From Podarcis gaigeae (Eukaryota): a DNA stretch of 64,000 bases. Shown piece by piece: positions 1 through 11,580 of this stretch. The stretch lies in NCBI GenBank assembly GCA_964106915.2, contig OZ066923.1; one strand, written 5' to 3'. The notes beneath the pieces were generated by a model, which worked only from the letters and a program-made list of their open reading frames with translations, did no database searches and was not told the DNA's origin. The position numbers and the translations under genes were made by a program. The number at the start of each line of letters is the position of its first letter. Position 1 is the first letter of the stretch.

Positions 1-761
1 TTTGACAGAAAATTAAGTCATAGTCAGTTTATTTGTATATTGCTATTTGGTATAAATTACACTCAAATCACTTCCTAGCAACAAAGTGTAAAAAGAAGGG
101 GGGGAAATGAAAGAAATGGCAACAAAAGGGGGGGAATGCATGGAAATATTTGTGTTAAGCCTTTATAAGGGACATTTTCATGTTTAAAATTAAATAGCAA
201 CTGCTTTAATAAAGTATCTTATTCTGAGCAGGCCCCATGAATAAAGTGGGATGTTCTTTCTGCATTTGCAATACTGAAATATCAAACGAAGGCAGCAAAG
301 CTGACAAGCATCAATGGCTGCAGTTGAGTTCCATGCTGATAGGAAAAACAGTAAAATTAGAAACAATTAGATTTAACATTGAAATTAGGATGACAAAAAT
401 ATTTCATTAGTGGAACAGGATCTCAGCTGTAATTTGGCAGTTGACTCACTCCGACAATGACAGGTTACAGTCTGGAGAATAATAGAAAATTGCCTCTGGA
501 AATAATTTTCCTTTGCATCTTTCTGCAACCACATTATCCATATAAATTATTTATCAGCACATGGATCTTCTCTTAACAAACTCCCAAACTCTTATCCAGT
601 GATAGACTCTACTCTCATCACACCACCGAAGGAGGTACCGTAATCATTCTGGCAGCGCCTCTGTGATTAGGCTTCTTGAAAGCTGCAGTCTGGCTTGCTG
701 AAACATGCTGAAACAAATGTGAAAATCTCCAAGTTGTAATGCCTCTACTTGCCAAGGTAAC

Positions 762-1313
762 TGTTAGGCATTCACACCCAAGGACTGACAATTGGCTAGT
801 ACCTGGAGCAGACAGTCTGGTGGTTGGGATGGTAGCCAGGTGTCAGATGTGAGCCAGCAGTAAATCACACTGTGGAAGATAGAGATAACGCTTTATTAGC
901 AAAAACACTATCTGCCCAGACCTGGCGGAGTGTCAGGTCAAATGAGCACAGCAACACATCTTGCTCTTATACAGCTGTTGCCTGGACTAATGGTCCCTGC
1001 TTTCCCACAGCCCTCTATGTCTTCTCCTGCCCAGGGTTTGTTCCAAGGAACCTAAGACTGCTCCTACATAGCTCTCTTTGCTCTTCCCTTTTCATGCCTC
1101 TCTTGGTTCTGGGAGCCCAGGGGGAGAGGAGCTTGTCGCAGCAGCAGGGATGACAGCTCCTCTTCCCAAGCTTTTCTTTCTTCTCCCTATAACCACTCGT
1201 CATTGTCCCACCACTAGTCTCTGGGATCTGAACCTTCTTACTTTGGTCGTTCCCCAGCTGGTTTCTCCCACCATTCCTCTGTGTCCAACCAGTCGAGCTG
1301 GTGTCACAAAACA
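762..1313 (-). mobile_element. Probable solo LTR (Gypsy/ERV-like); boundaries approximate
   Basis: TGTT...AACA ends; same layout and shared CCACCATTCCTC motif near the right end as the TSD-verified LTR at 13246-13713; no TSD found. Confidence 0.45.
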
Positions 1314-1594
1314 ACAGCCTACTTTAGAAGTGGGGGAGCTTTTTCACCCTGAGAGCCCCATTGCATTCTGAGCAGCCCTCCATGGCCCACATGCCACTGA
1401 TGACCAAGGCCCAAAGGCAAAGGTGGGCAGGGCAGCAAATGGATTTTTAAAAACTTTTTTTAAAAAACAAAAGCAATAGGCTGGTTCCTAAACACACACA
1501 CTCTTTTCTTCTTCCTTCCAGGCAGGCAGGGAACATTATCAGAGTTCAGGGACACATTCCAGCCAGGCAAAAAATAGACAAGTAAAAAGATTCA

Positions 1595-1702
1595 AGGATG
1601 GTCCTACTCAGAGTAGATCCATCGATAATAATGAGCCTAAGTTAGCCATGTTTATTGGTTTCAATGAGTCTACTTGAGCCTACTAGCATTGAATATCAAC
1701 CA
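1595..1702. mobile_element. Palindromic MITE (CCTACTCAGAGTAGA...TCTACT family), decayed
   Basis: Self-complementary arms; related copies near 3745-3840 and 5921-6390. Confidence 0.55.
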
Positions 1703-2142
1703 GGGATTTTACATTTTTGTTGAATACACCAAATCCTAGATTTTCTCAAACCATATTGTTGTGGATGATTTTCTCACACCCCTCTTTCCCATTTAGCTGC
1801 CACATGAAATTTTGCTGTTGTAAGGACAAAAATAATTGCTTCTTTATTTTCAGGACAATTTCAGATTCATAACATGCACTTTAAATCTCAAGAGCTGTGG
1901 AGGTGTACATTTACATTAATTGGTGGAATTAGTCCAGATTTATATTGGAAAACTTCCAGTCTGACTTCTTATCAGCATGTCACTGAATAACATGGGTACT
2001 TTAGAACCTCTCGTGCAGTGCCATAAATAAAGGAAAGGGAAAAATGGAATGTAACAAGATAATTAGATCTGAATGAAGGCAAAACCATAAACAAATTTTT
2101 GCACTGAATAATAACCAGCATGACCCTCGTGAATACCTCTTA

Positions 2143-2509
2143 CACACCCCTCCAACATTTCTCTGATGAAAATAGGGACGTCCCATTCCAGGGCTTTTTC
2201 GGCTGTGGCTCCAATCTGGTGGAACGCTCTGTCACAAGAGACTAGGGCCCTGCGGGATTTGACATCTTTCCACAGGGCCTGCAAGACAGAGTTGTCCCAC
2301 CAGGCCTTTGGCCAGGCCACAGCCTGACTCCCTCCTTTGGCAATCTTCGCGGAGCTCTGGCCCAATGGTTGCCATTGGTTTTATTTGAATTAATTTTATA
2401 ATGAATGATTTTAGAGTTTTGTGTTGGGTTGTACTGTTGTACTGTTTTATTGTTGTTAGCCGCCCTGAGCCCAGCTTTGGCTGGGGAGGGCGGGATATAA
2501 ATAAAATTT

Positions 2510-2540
<31 letters not shown>

Positions 2541-2822
2541 ATGATGATAATTTTACTATTTATACCCCACATATCTTATTGGGTTGCCCTAGCACTCTGG
2601 GCATACATACAAACCTAATAAAACACTAAACATTTTTAAAAAACCCTTCCTTATTGCCTTCAGATAGCTCAGGGGTTGGATAGCTCAACACCCTCCAACA
2701 CTTCTCCAATGAAAATAGGGACATCTTAAGGAAAAGCAGGACATTCCAGGATCAAATCAGAAATTGGGATGGCTTCTCTAAATCAGGGACATCCCTGGAA
2801 AATAGGGACACCTGGAGGGTTT
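2143..2822. mobile_element. Non-autonomous DNA element (ACCCTCCAA...TGGAGGGT ends) interrupted by an L2 fragment
   Basis: CCCTCCAACAyTTCTCynATGAAAATAGGGAC occurs twice (about 2147 and 2691); the right end CCTGGAGGGT is inverted relative to it. Confidence 0.5.
2188..2542 (+). mobile_element. L2 LINE 3' end
   Basis: Encodes RAFSAVAPIWWNALSQETRALRDLTSFHRACKTELSHQAF (typical L2 ORF2 C-terminus), followed by a 3' stem-loop, AATAAA and an (ATT)n tail. Confidence 0.85.
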
Positions 2823-3857
2823 GCTCTTACACATATAGGATAGACATACCATGTGACTCTGGTACCCTTTAGATGTCCTTAGACTACCACTCCCATCATC
2901 CCTCATTAGCCACGGTGGCTTGGGCAGATGCCAGTTGCAGTCCAACAACATCCAGAGAGCACCTCTGCTTATTGCATAATGCACCTTTATAATACACCTT
3001 ATAAGGACCAGTTTTTGTGGCTTCCTATGTGCTTTGTCTAATTTAACCTTGTGCCCAGCCCAACGAAAATGGACTGCAAAAGCACCAACAAGCACCACTT
3101 ATCCCCACAGTGAAGCAGCATGAGCTGATTACGCTTATTCTTTTGCTTATTATGACTTGCAGTGGAACACAAAATTAAGAGTCCACTCGTTCAACATTTT
3201 GCCACAACGTGGCATTGGGTGTCAGTGGTACTTTTTGCTTTTCACTTTGGCCAAGGTTATTCCAACAGTTACAAAGTTCTGACACCTCCAAATAAGATCA
3301 TAAGAGCCTTTTGAATTTGCTCGGCTTTTTCATCCATCTTAAAAAGTGAAAGTGAAGCCATCCGTTTTAGAAACACCAAAGGGATTCCCAGTGGTGCTCA
3401 GGGTAGATTTCAAGGCTATTTTAAATAGTTTTAGCTGTACTAAAACTAAAGAAGGCCTTTAGAAAAAAAGGACCTAATTATAATTATTACTCTGAGATAT
3501 GATGATAATATCAAAGCTGTTTCAGTGTTTCTGTTTAAGAGAACAGAAAGTTCAGATATAATTCTTAGTTTTAAAGTGAGAAAAAGACCACAGAGACTGT
3601 GGCAGAGAACATGGCCGGGAGACCATGCTCACCATGACTCAAGCAACAGTCACTGCTGCTCCACCATTTTGAAAACGGATACATTAATATTCCCCAGCTT
3701 GGAAATTTGTATGGTAGGCAATGAAGGTTTCATCCAACTAAGTCAAACTCATAGAATACACATTGAAATAAATGGAATGAAGTTAGGCATAGCTAACCTA
3801 AGTCCACTTATTTCTATAGGGTTTACTCCAACTCCCTATCTATCTTTTATAGCAGTA

Positions 3858-4098
3858 TCACACCACTTTAAGCAGCCATTCCTTCCCTCAAAGCATCCTG
3901 GGAACCTAAGTTTGTTAAGGGAGCTGTTAGCTGTTATTCCCCACAAAGAGCAACAATTCCGGGAGTTCCCTGAGAAGAAGGATTGACCATGAAGCCACTT
4001 TGAGAACTGCAGCTCTGTGAAGGGAACATGGCTTCACCAGCAAAATACAGTTTCCAGGATGCTTTGTGGAAGCCACGACTCTTTAAAGTGGTGTGAGG
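3858..4098. mobile_element. MITE with imperfect TIRs
   Basis: TCACACCACTT...AAAGCATCCTGG versus CCAGGATGCTTT...AAGTGGTGTGA; related copy near 36690-36850. Confidence 0.6.
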
Positions 4099-4109
4099 CT
4101 GCTTAGTCA

Positions 4110-4710
4110 ATGCAATTCTGGGCTGCATCAATAGGAGTATAGCATCTAGATCAAGGGAAGTAATAGTGCCACTGTATTCTGCTCTGGTCAGACCTCACCT
4201 GGAGTACTGTGTCCAGTTCTGGGCACCACAGTTCAAGAAGGACACGGACAAACTGGAACGTGTCCAGAGGAGGGCAACCAAAATGGTCAAAGGCCTGGAA
4301 ACGATGCCTTATGAGGAACGGCTAAGGGAGCTGGGCATGTTTAGCCTGGAGAAGAGGAGGTTAAGGGGTGATATGATAGCCATGTTCAAATATATAAAAG
4401 GATGTCACATAGAGGAGGGAGAAAGGTTGTTTTCTGCTGCTCCAGAGAAGCGGACACAGAGCAATGGTTCCAAACTACAAGAAAGAAGATTCCACCTAAA
4501 CATTAGGAAGAACTTCCTGACAGTAAGAGCTGTTCGACAGTGGAATTTGCTGCCAAGGAGTGTGGTGGAGTCTCCTTCTTTGGAGGTCTTTAAGCAGAGG
4601 CTTGACAACCATATGTCAGGAGTGCTCTGATGGTGTTTCCTGCTTGGCAGAGGGTTGGACTCGATGGCCCTTGTGGTCTCTTCCAACTCTATGATTCTAT
4701 GATTCTATGA
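4110..4710 (+). mobile_element. CR1 LINE, 5'-truncated, young
   Basis: ORF 4166-4630 ([20 protein letters not shown]...[12 protein letters not shown]-type CR1 ORF2 C-terminus); (ATTCTATG)n tail; TTAGTCA duplicated at 4103-4109 and 4711-4717. Confidence 0.97.
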
Positions 4711-5395
4711 TTAGTCAGACTCCACCCAGAGTATCTGTGGGCCTGCTAACATTACATTAGTACAGTGAGATATGCAGTGCAGTCTTATGGGTGTCTAATC
4801 AGAAGTGTGTCACACTGTGTCCAATGAGATTTAATCCCTGGCAAGAGTGTTTAAGGCGGCAGCCTGTCGTTAATCGTATACCTTTGTGGAAAGATTAACT
4901 GAGTAAAATTGTGCTTTCCCACATACATATCCTGAACTTTAGTAAAAAAGAATTCAAATATTTGTAAGTCCCGATTCTGCTCTCAGTTACCCCTTCATTT
5001 CATGATATAACTGACGGTTAAGTTGCTGACTCTTAGTTTTATGCAATGTTAAAGCAGACATAATGTGCCTAAAGAGCAAACCCAATGCTGTTGCAAGTCT
5101 AATGTAACTGAGAGTTTTGCGGAATATCGCCAAGTCTCTTGGTGTTTGTTTCAGTAACATTAAAAAACATTTTAAAAATGTTTCTGTAACATTAAAAAAC
5201 ATACATTCTGTTCATTAGGTGCAGCCCCCCCCCCCTTGTAGTTACACTGATCAAAGTAAATGCAATTGACTCCAAACCGAGATCGCTGGTTCTGTTAAGG
5301 AGTTTGCAAATGTTACCTGAGGGGGAACTAGTCTTCAAAAAGATTTGAGACATTTAGAGTGGCAATATTCAAGTCGCAACACGGTCTATGCAGGA

Positions 5396-5430
5396 GTGTG
5401 TGTCTGTGTGTGTGTGTGTGTGTGTTTGTG
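5396..5430. repeat. (GT)n microsatellite
   Basis: Direct reading. Confidence 0.95.
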
Positions 5431-5455
5431 CAATCATTACACTTTTTTTCAGTTA

Positions 5456-5680
5456 CAGTGGTACCTTGGGTTACAGACGCTTCAGGTTACAGACTCCACT
5501 AACCCAGAAATAGTACCTCGGGTTAAGGACTTTGCTTCAGGTTGAGAACAGAAATTGCGCGGCAGCAGCACGGCGGCAGTGGGAGCCCCCATTAGGTAAA
5601 GTGGTACCTCAGGTTAAAACAGTTTCAGGTTAAGAACAGACCTCCAGGACGAATTAAGTTCTTAACCCAAGGTACCATTG
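5456..5680. mobile_element. Tc1/mariner-pogo MITE, family A
   Basis: TA|CAGTGGTACCTTGGGTTA...TAACCCAAGGTACCATTG|TA. Confidence 0.9.
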
Positions 5681-6049
5681 TACAGTCATTAGAATCTAGT
5701 AGGAAATAGAAATGTGGAAGAGTACATTTTTTAAAAGAATGTATTGGAGCAATTTAGCCTAATTTTGGACACACTGGGATGGAAGGCGGTGCGAGGATGA
5801 CAGTTCCTGTGAGAGGGCTTCCCTTGCTCTGCAGCTCTCCAATGTGCTCTGGAGAATCAAGAGAACCCCGGGAACAGTGCCTGAGGCAAGGAAAGAGGAG
5901 ATTGTTGAATTCTACTCACTGGGTTGTATCCAATAGCAGTCCTACTCAGAGTAGACCCACTGAAGTTAATAGACATGACTAAGGAAGGTTTATTCCAGCC
6001 ATGTCCAACTCCCAAGGGACTGCAATCTACTCCCACTATAAAAAAACAA

Positions 6050-6171
6050 ATAATAAATAACAAGATGAAAGATGAAAAAAAATAATAATTCCAGTGTCAC
6101 CTTTAAGATCGACTAAATATAAGCTTTCAAGGTATGAGCTTTCGTGTGTAATACACACTTCATCAGATACT
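6050..6171 (-). mobile_element. Penelope-like element pseudo-LTR fragment
   Basis: Similar to 23627-23839 (TTCCAGT..CACCTT..AGA.C.ACTAA..GGTATGAGCTTTCGTGTG); flanked by CACTAT(A)7-8CAA duplication at 6034-6049 and 6172-6188. Confidence 0.85.
6132..6170 (-). ncRNA. Minimal type I hammerhead ribozyme motif
   Basis: Minus strand reads GUAU-CUGAUGA-A-GUGUG-UAUUA-CACAC-GAAA-GC-UC^AUAC: complete core, 4-bp stem I, stem II and palindromic AGCU stem III. Confidence 0.85.
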
Positions 6172-7509
6172 CACTATAAAAAAAACAACTGGCAGTGATC
6201 TATACATAGGATCGACCAAAGTTGTTGAGCTTTTTGGAGGGAGAAAGACCCACAGTTGTTTGTCTGTTTTCTGGGGGTTTTTTTGGCGGGGGGCAATCAA
6301 TCAGGATCAACCAGGGATGCCCCACAAATGACCAGTTGGACATCCCTGATTTATTCCTTTCAGTGGGTTTACTCTCAGGTTAATGTTAATAACCCCTTTC
6401 AATTAAAATATAGGCGATGGCTTGCGTCCAGCGGTGTAATTTTGCTAGCACAAACCCTAGACTTGCATAATTGGCAAGTCCCATGTTGGTTTAGCCTCAC
6501 TCAAGATGTTCTCCAATCACTAGCACTAGTGCACATAGGAAAATCCTCCTTGCCACTTCAATATGCTGAGCAACAGCTGCAGAACTAGCGCTAGCTGTGA
6601 GGTTTGGCACGCTGGTACTTACACAACCATTGCCACAAACAGAAACTGCTGGCAGAATTGTGGAAGCTCATCATCCATGAGAAAGGTATCCTTGGGTATC
6701 ATTAAATGTTAGATTTATGCAGATCAGCAGGAATTAATATTCTGGGAAATGTCATTTGAATGTAAGTAAACAAGCCTATCCCTTATATTATTATTTTCAA
6801 ACTGGCAAGCAGCATGAGCTCTCCCCCACCCCCAGACCTGTCTTACATTAATTCAGTAACATCATCATTAGTTTATTCCAGTGTGCAGATGGTTGCTTTA
6901 TTACTGGTATCAAAGAACGAAAACATTTCGGGCTAAAACATACTGAATGTTAAATGAAAATAGGTCTTTGAACAAGTTACAAATGATAGTTTTATTAAAG
7001 AAATCTTTTAAAAATGCTGGAGTTTTTTGAAAGGCTTGCTCTCACTATTCATAGAATCGTAGACTCGGAGGGGGCCATCTGTGAACTATAAATACACCTA
7101 ACAATCTATAGGGCCTGCATTGCAAGTGGCAGTTTTCTTCTGCCACCATTAGAGCAAGTCCTTCTGTGTTGGATTAATTTCTGTTTCAGCAGCCTGGGAA
7201 TGTAGACAAGCTGCTTGAAGAAGTGTGGCTGACCACTTGCTCCTTTGACCATTGTCCATCTTGGCTTCTTAAAGTCAGCCCTGGGGAGAGAGCAATTCTT
7301 CACCAGAGGAGGGGAAAGTACCACTTGCCTTGAAGGAGGCTGAGATGTGCCACTCCCTAAGAAGACCTCCCTGGTCCATCAGCTGGTGCTCCCTTTTGGG
7401 GCAAGGTGCTCAAGAGGGTGGCAGCGGCACAGCTTCATGCATAACCAGAAAAGAGTGAATACCTGGACCCATTTCATTCTCACTTCTGGCCAATCATAAC
7501 ACTGGTCAG

Positions 7510-8062
7510 GGACACACCCTGATAACCTTTATCGGGAGAGCTGTGGCAGGGAGTCTGACTCTGCTTGTTCTTCTTGACCCCGGTATCCTTCTGGGCTGAT
7601 TCAAGAGATTGGGGTTAAGGCCACTGTACTTCAGTGATTCTCCTCCTACCTCTAGCACTATTTCCAGAAAGTAGTTATGACATGCCACTGTTTGATGCCA
7701 TAGACCAGGCATAGGCAAACTCGCCCTCCAGATGTTTTGGGACTACAATTCCCATCATCCCTGACCACTGGTCCTGTTAGCTAGGGATGACGGGAGTTGT
7801 AGTCCCAAAACATCTGGAGGGCCGAGTTTGGGGAAGCCTGCCATAGATGATATCCTCTTCCCCATTCTATTTAACCTCTATATGAAGCCTCTGGGAGCTG
7901 TCACCAGGAGTTTTGGAGTGAAGTGTCACCAATATATGGATAACACTCAGCTCTGTCTCTCTTTTCTGTCTGAATCAGGAGAGCCAGCTGAGGTGCTAGA
8001 TGGGTGTATGGATGCAGTGATGAGCAGAATGTGGGCCAAGAAAGCAAAGCTGGACTCTGAAA
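7510..8062 (+). mobile_element. Decayed L2 reverse-transcriptase fragment
   Basis: LLVLLD upstream, then ILFPILFNLYMKPLGAVTRSFGVKCHQYMDNTQL (YADD decayed to YMDN); interrupted by a MITE. Confidence 0.85.
7706..7840. mobile_element. hAT hairpin MITE
   Basis: CAGGC...GCCTG ends, long internal inverted repeat, TSD CCATAGAC / CCATAGAT. Confidence 0.9.
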
Positions 8063-8842
8063 ATCACTATGTATTTGTGTCCAATATTTTATTAGCTTTT
8101 TTACATGTCCACCAAGCATGATAAAATGTCCCTTCATGTTCTTTTTGCAGCTCTATTATGGGTACTAAAACTGCAAATGCCTCCCTTTTAAAATTACCTT
8201 CAGAGTGATAATTTATAACCTAAAAGAGCTTCTACATCTGTCAGCAAAAACAAAGAATGGGTGAGCGAAGAGGACTTACTTCTGAGTAGACATGTATAGG
8301 ATTCCACTGTAAATCCCATAAAATACAATAATTACATTTTCAACATTTAAGTCCTAGATTAAAAAGGAAGCGGGGGGAGATCACCCACAGCTTAAAAAAA
8401 AAACACAGCAGCATCCAGAACAAGCTGTAATTTTCCTGCACTCGGGCTTTATTTATAAGCCTCATTTTTAATCTCCTTTCTGGCAGAGCTAATTTGAGGC
8501 TCTCTGGCATCCCTGTTCCTCTGTTGTATTTAAAACAGTTATCATTCAGTGTTGGAAAGGAAACACAGCAGTGATGACAAATCAGCAAAATAGCTCTCCT
8601 GATCCTGAACAGGCCCTCCAGCCACTCGCCTCCCACAAGTCCTCTTCAGGCAGCACAGCAGGGCAGGGTAAGCGCTTAGAAGGGAGTTGGGACCATGGAT
8701 GCTGGGCTGGCTCATGACCTCCATCACCATATTTATTTTATTTTATGCATTGGTTAATAATATTATATTGCATGAAATACATATGAGTATTCAGTCAAAG
8801 CCACAAAATTACAGTGACTCATACACAAACAAGAAGCTGATA

Positions 8843-9024
8843 CAGTGGTACCTCGGGTTAAGTACTTAATTCGTTCCAGAGGTTCGTACTTAACCTGAAA
8901 CTGTTCTTAACCTGAAGCACCACTTTAGCTAATGGGGCCTCCCTGAAGCACTATTTCTAGGTTAGTGGAGTGTGTAACCTGAAGCGTATGTAACCCGAAG
9001 CATATGTAACCCGAGGTACCACTG
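8843..9024. mobile_element. Tc1/mariner-pogo MITE, family A, internally deleted
   Basis: TA|CAGTGGTACCTCGGGTTA...TAACCCGAGGTACCACTG|TA; shorter than the 56564 copy. Confidence 0.92.
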
Positions 9025-10863
9025 TATTAGCAAAACAGATATATATACCATGTGCACATAACACATAGAGATCATAGGCACATGCAAGCTGTAGGCTGTT
9101 CCGTCTACACGATCTGGACCCGGTTTTAGTTTTAATTTTGCAGGATATAGATCACACAAAGCTTTTAGGCACACAACATGCCTAAATAAATTCCGCTGAA
9201 TTTATGGTATAAGTTGGGGCCCTTCATTCCACATGTATCTGCCACCCAGACAGGAATATTGATTGTTGCTTGTTTGTCTGAACTTGCACCTTTCAGCACT
9301 ACCATGTTATATTCCATACATCCGCCTCCTCTTCCAGGATTGGATAATGCTCTTTTGAGTATTCATAGCTTTTGTTCCTATACATTATTTGTGTTGTCTC
9401 CGCAACAGGTCTTGCTGGCAGGCCATTGTTACAACCGTCATTTTGCAGAACAGGGGAGGGGGCTGTAAAATTGAGACAACAGCAGCTTCTGTAATTGTGC
9501 TGATGAGTTTTTAATTTTGAAACATATTCCCACGTCATCTCTGTTTTAGTCTTCTTCGATGGACTGCCTTCCTCTTCCGACGGACGTTCATTGTATTTGT
9601 GGCAACAAAAAGAGCCTTCCATCTTCATTACGCCTTGCAGCTCTGCTTCTTCCACTTCATCTGCCAAAGCTGATACCAGGCAGCGTAACTCGTATGTTAT
9701 CTTGTAAGGCCATGGGTAGCTTCTTTGCTCTCAGTCACTGCATTTTTGTTGGTGTTCCAGTTATTCTTTCCAGCAGAAGTAGTTGACAAGTTGACAAGCC
9801 AATATGTAGTCTCTTCAAAAGGCATATTTTCTTTTTAACCCTGCATGGTGGATAATTTCCTGTTATCTCAGTCACAGTACAAAGTAACGTCTGCTCAATT
9901 TTGAATGTGTATGTGAGACAGAGATAGATAGCCTGGATTCCAACAGGTAATAATGACCACCATTTTTGTTGCATAAGAAGGGAAGATAGCAAGCTACGTT
10001 TTATCAAGTGAGATCACTGGATCATCTAGCTACACTGACTATATAACTGACTCTTCTTGATTTCACACAGAAGTTTTAACCAACCCTACCAGGAGATTCC
10101 AGTGATTGACTCCAGATCTATTGTATGCGATACATGGGGCTACAGCTTTCCTTTGACACAACGAGCTGTTGCCCATAGGGATTGGGACAGCCAGAAAACC
10201 CTGGGACATACTGTTAGAAAGTACAATTCTGGCATCTGCATCTTTTTTGGATTTGGGGAAAGCAAAAAAAATTAATAGCAAGCCTAGATTTGATTTTCTG
10301 TACTCTTTGTTTTACTTATTTGTGCCCACAGTCAAACTGTCAATGCTAATTTTTTCAAAAGGAAAAAAAAGGCCTTTGGAATATTGGCTCACAATACATC
10401 ATTCTGTCCCTTTTTTTGGCCTGTCTTCTGTAATTTTCAATTCCTTGGGAAAAACAACTGGATTTCTTTTCTGTGGTGGCAATCACAATGAATTATAGGG
10501 GAGAAATGCACCCCACCAAAGCCCTTTAACATCAGTTTGCTAATCATCCTGACCATATAGGGTTACAATCTTTTTATGATGATTATACACCATAAAATCA
10601 CATCAGTATTCCATGGTCCAGTGCTATTTTGATACAGAAACAATGTATTGGGCGGCAGAGGGAGAGGGCAATGGAAGCAGCTGCAATTGCCGTGCAAAAA
10701 AACAGTAATCCAGTCCCTGTGGCAGTTTATTTCCTGGAGTAAATCCTAAAAAAAGCTCAACAATTCAATCTTAAAGAAAAAAGGTTCGCTCCTTGGTTGG
10801 CCCTCACTGCCCTTCACTTCATCACATCTGGCCCTCTTTGAAAAACGTTTGGACACCACTGAC

Positions 10864-11580
10864 TTAGAACATAGCAGAAACTGCTGGACTAAAGTCCATT
10901 TAGTCCATAAGAGCATAAGAAGAGTCCTAAATCTGGACCAGACCATACGCCTATCTGGTCCAGCATCCTGTTCTCAAAACAAGATGCCCCTATGGGACAT
11001 CCATTGTCCTGTTTCCTGCAGAAGCCTGAAAGCTTCTTAGAAAAAGCAGTACCCCTGTCCTGCTGCGTGTCTCTCAGCAACTGATTACCTCCTTTTACGA
11101 AGGTTTCATTTAACTGTTATGGCTGATAGCTGTTGATGGACCTACCCTGCATGTCCAATTTCTTTTCAAAGCCTGCTGAATTAGTGACCACGCGGGTGGC
11201 GCTGTAGGTTAAACCACAGAGCCTAGGACTTGCCAATCAGAAGGTCGGCGGTTTGAATCCCCGCGACAGGGTGAGCTCCCGTTGTTCAGTCCCTGCTCCT
11301 GCCAACCTAGCAGTTCAAAAGCATGTCAAAGCGCAAGTAGATAGATAGGTACCGCTCCAGTGGGAAAGTAAACAGCATTTCTGTGCGCTGCTCTGGTTCT
11401 CCAGAAGTGGCTTAGTCATGCTGGCCACATGACCCGGAAGCTGTATGTCAGCTCCCTCAGTCAATAAAGCGAGATGTGCGCCGCAACCCCAGAGTTGGTC
11501 ACGACTGGGCCTAATGGTCAGGGGTCCCTTTACCTTTTAATCCCATCTTGTAGCAGTGAATCCCACAAGTTAATTAGGCC
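10864..11580 (-). mobile_element. Old CR1-type 3' end (TTCTTATG tail) hosting a SINE
   Basis: Reverse complement resembles the 43328-45262 host element. Confidence 0.6.
11189..11537 (+). mobile_element. Sauria SINE, full length
   Basis: tRNA-like head CGCGGGTGGCGCTG...GGTTTGAATCC, GGCCACATGACC body, CCCTTTACCTTT tail. Confidence 0.93.

Larger units (their letters stand above)
5996..6348. mobile_element. hAT non-autonomous element
   Basis: TIR CAGCCATGTCCAACT / AGTTGGACATCCCTG; 8-bp TSD GTTTATTC / ATTTATTC. Confidence 0.85.
5921..6392. mobile_element. Palindromic MITE split by hAT and Penelope insertions
   Basis: Left arm GAGTAGACCCACTGAA (about 5949) pairs with right arm TTCAGTGGGTTTACTC (about 6359). 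Confidence 0.7.

Noticed and set aside
3525-3986. 153-aa ORF, and the 154-aa ORF at 34580-35044
   Set aside because: Non-ATG starts, read through MITE remnants and show no domain signature
4166-4630. 154-aa ORF and its antisense 93-aa ORF, both repeated near 20550-21070
   Set aside because: CR1 sequence; the repetition reflects TE copies, not a gene family
5147-5202. 24-bp direct duplication (and a similar one at about 59517-59553)
   Set aside because: Ordinary slippage or repair duplications with no further structure
9940-9975. NGGHYY as a USP His-box
   Set aside because: No flanking USP motifs and stops nearby; probably chance
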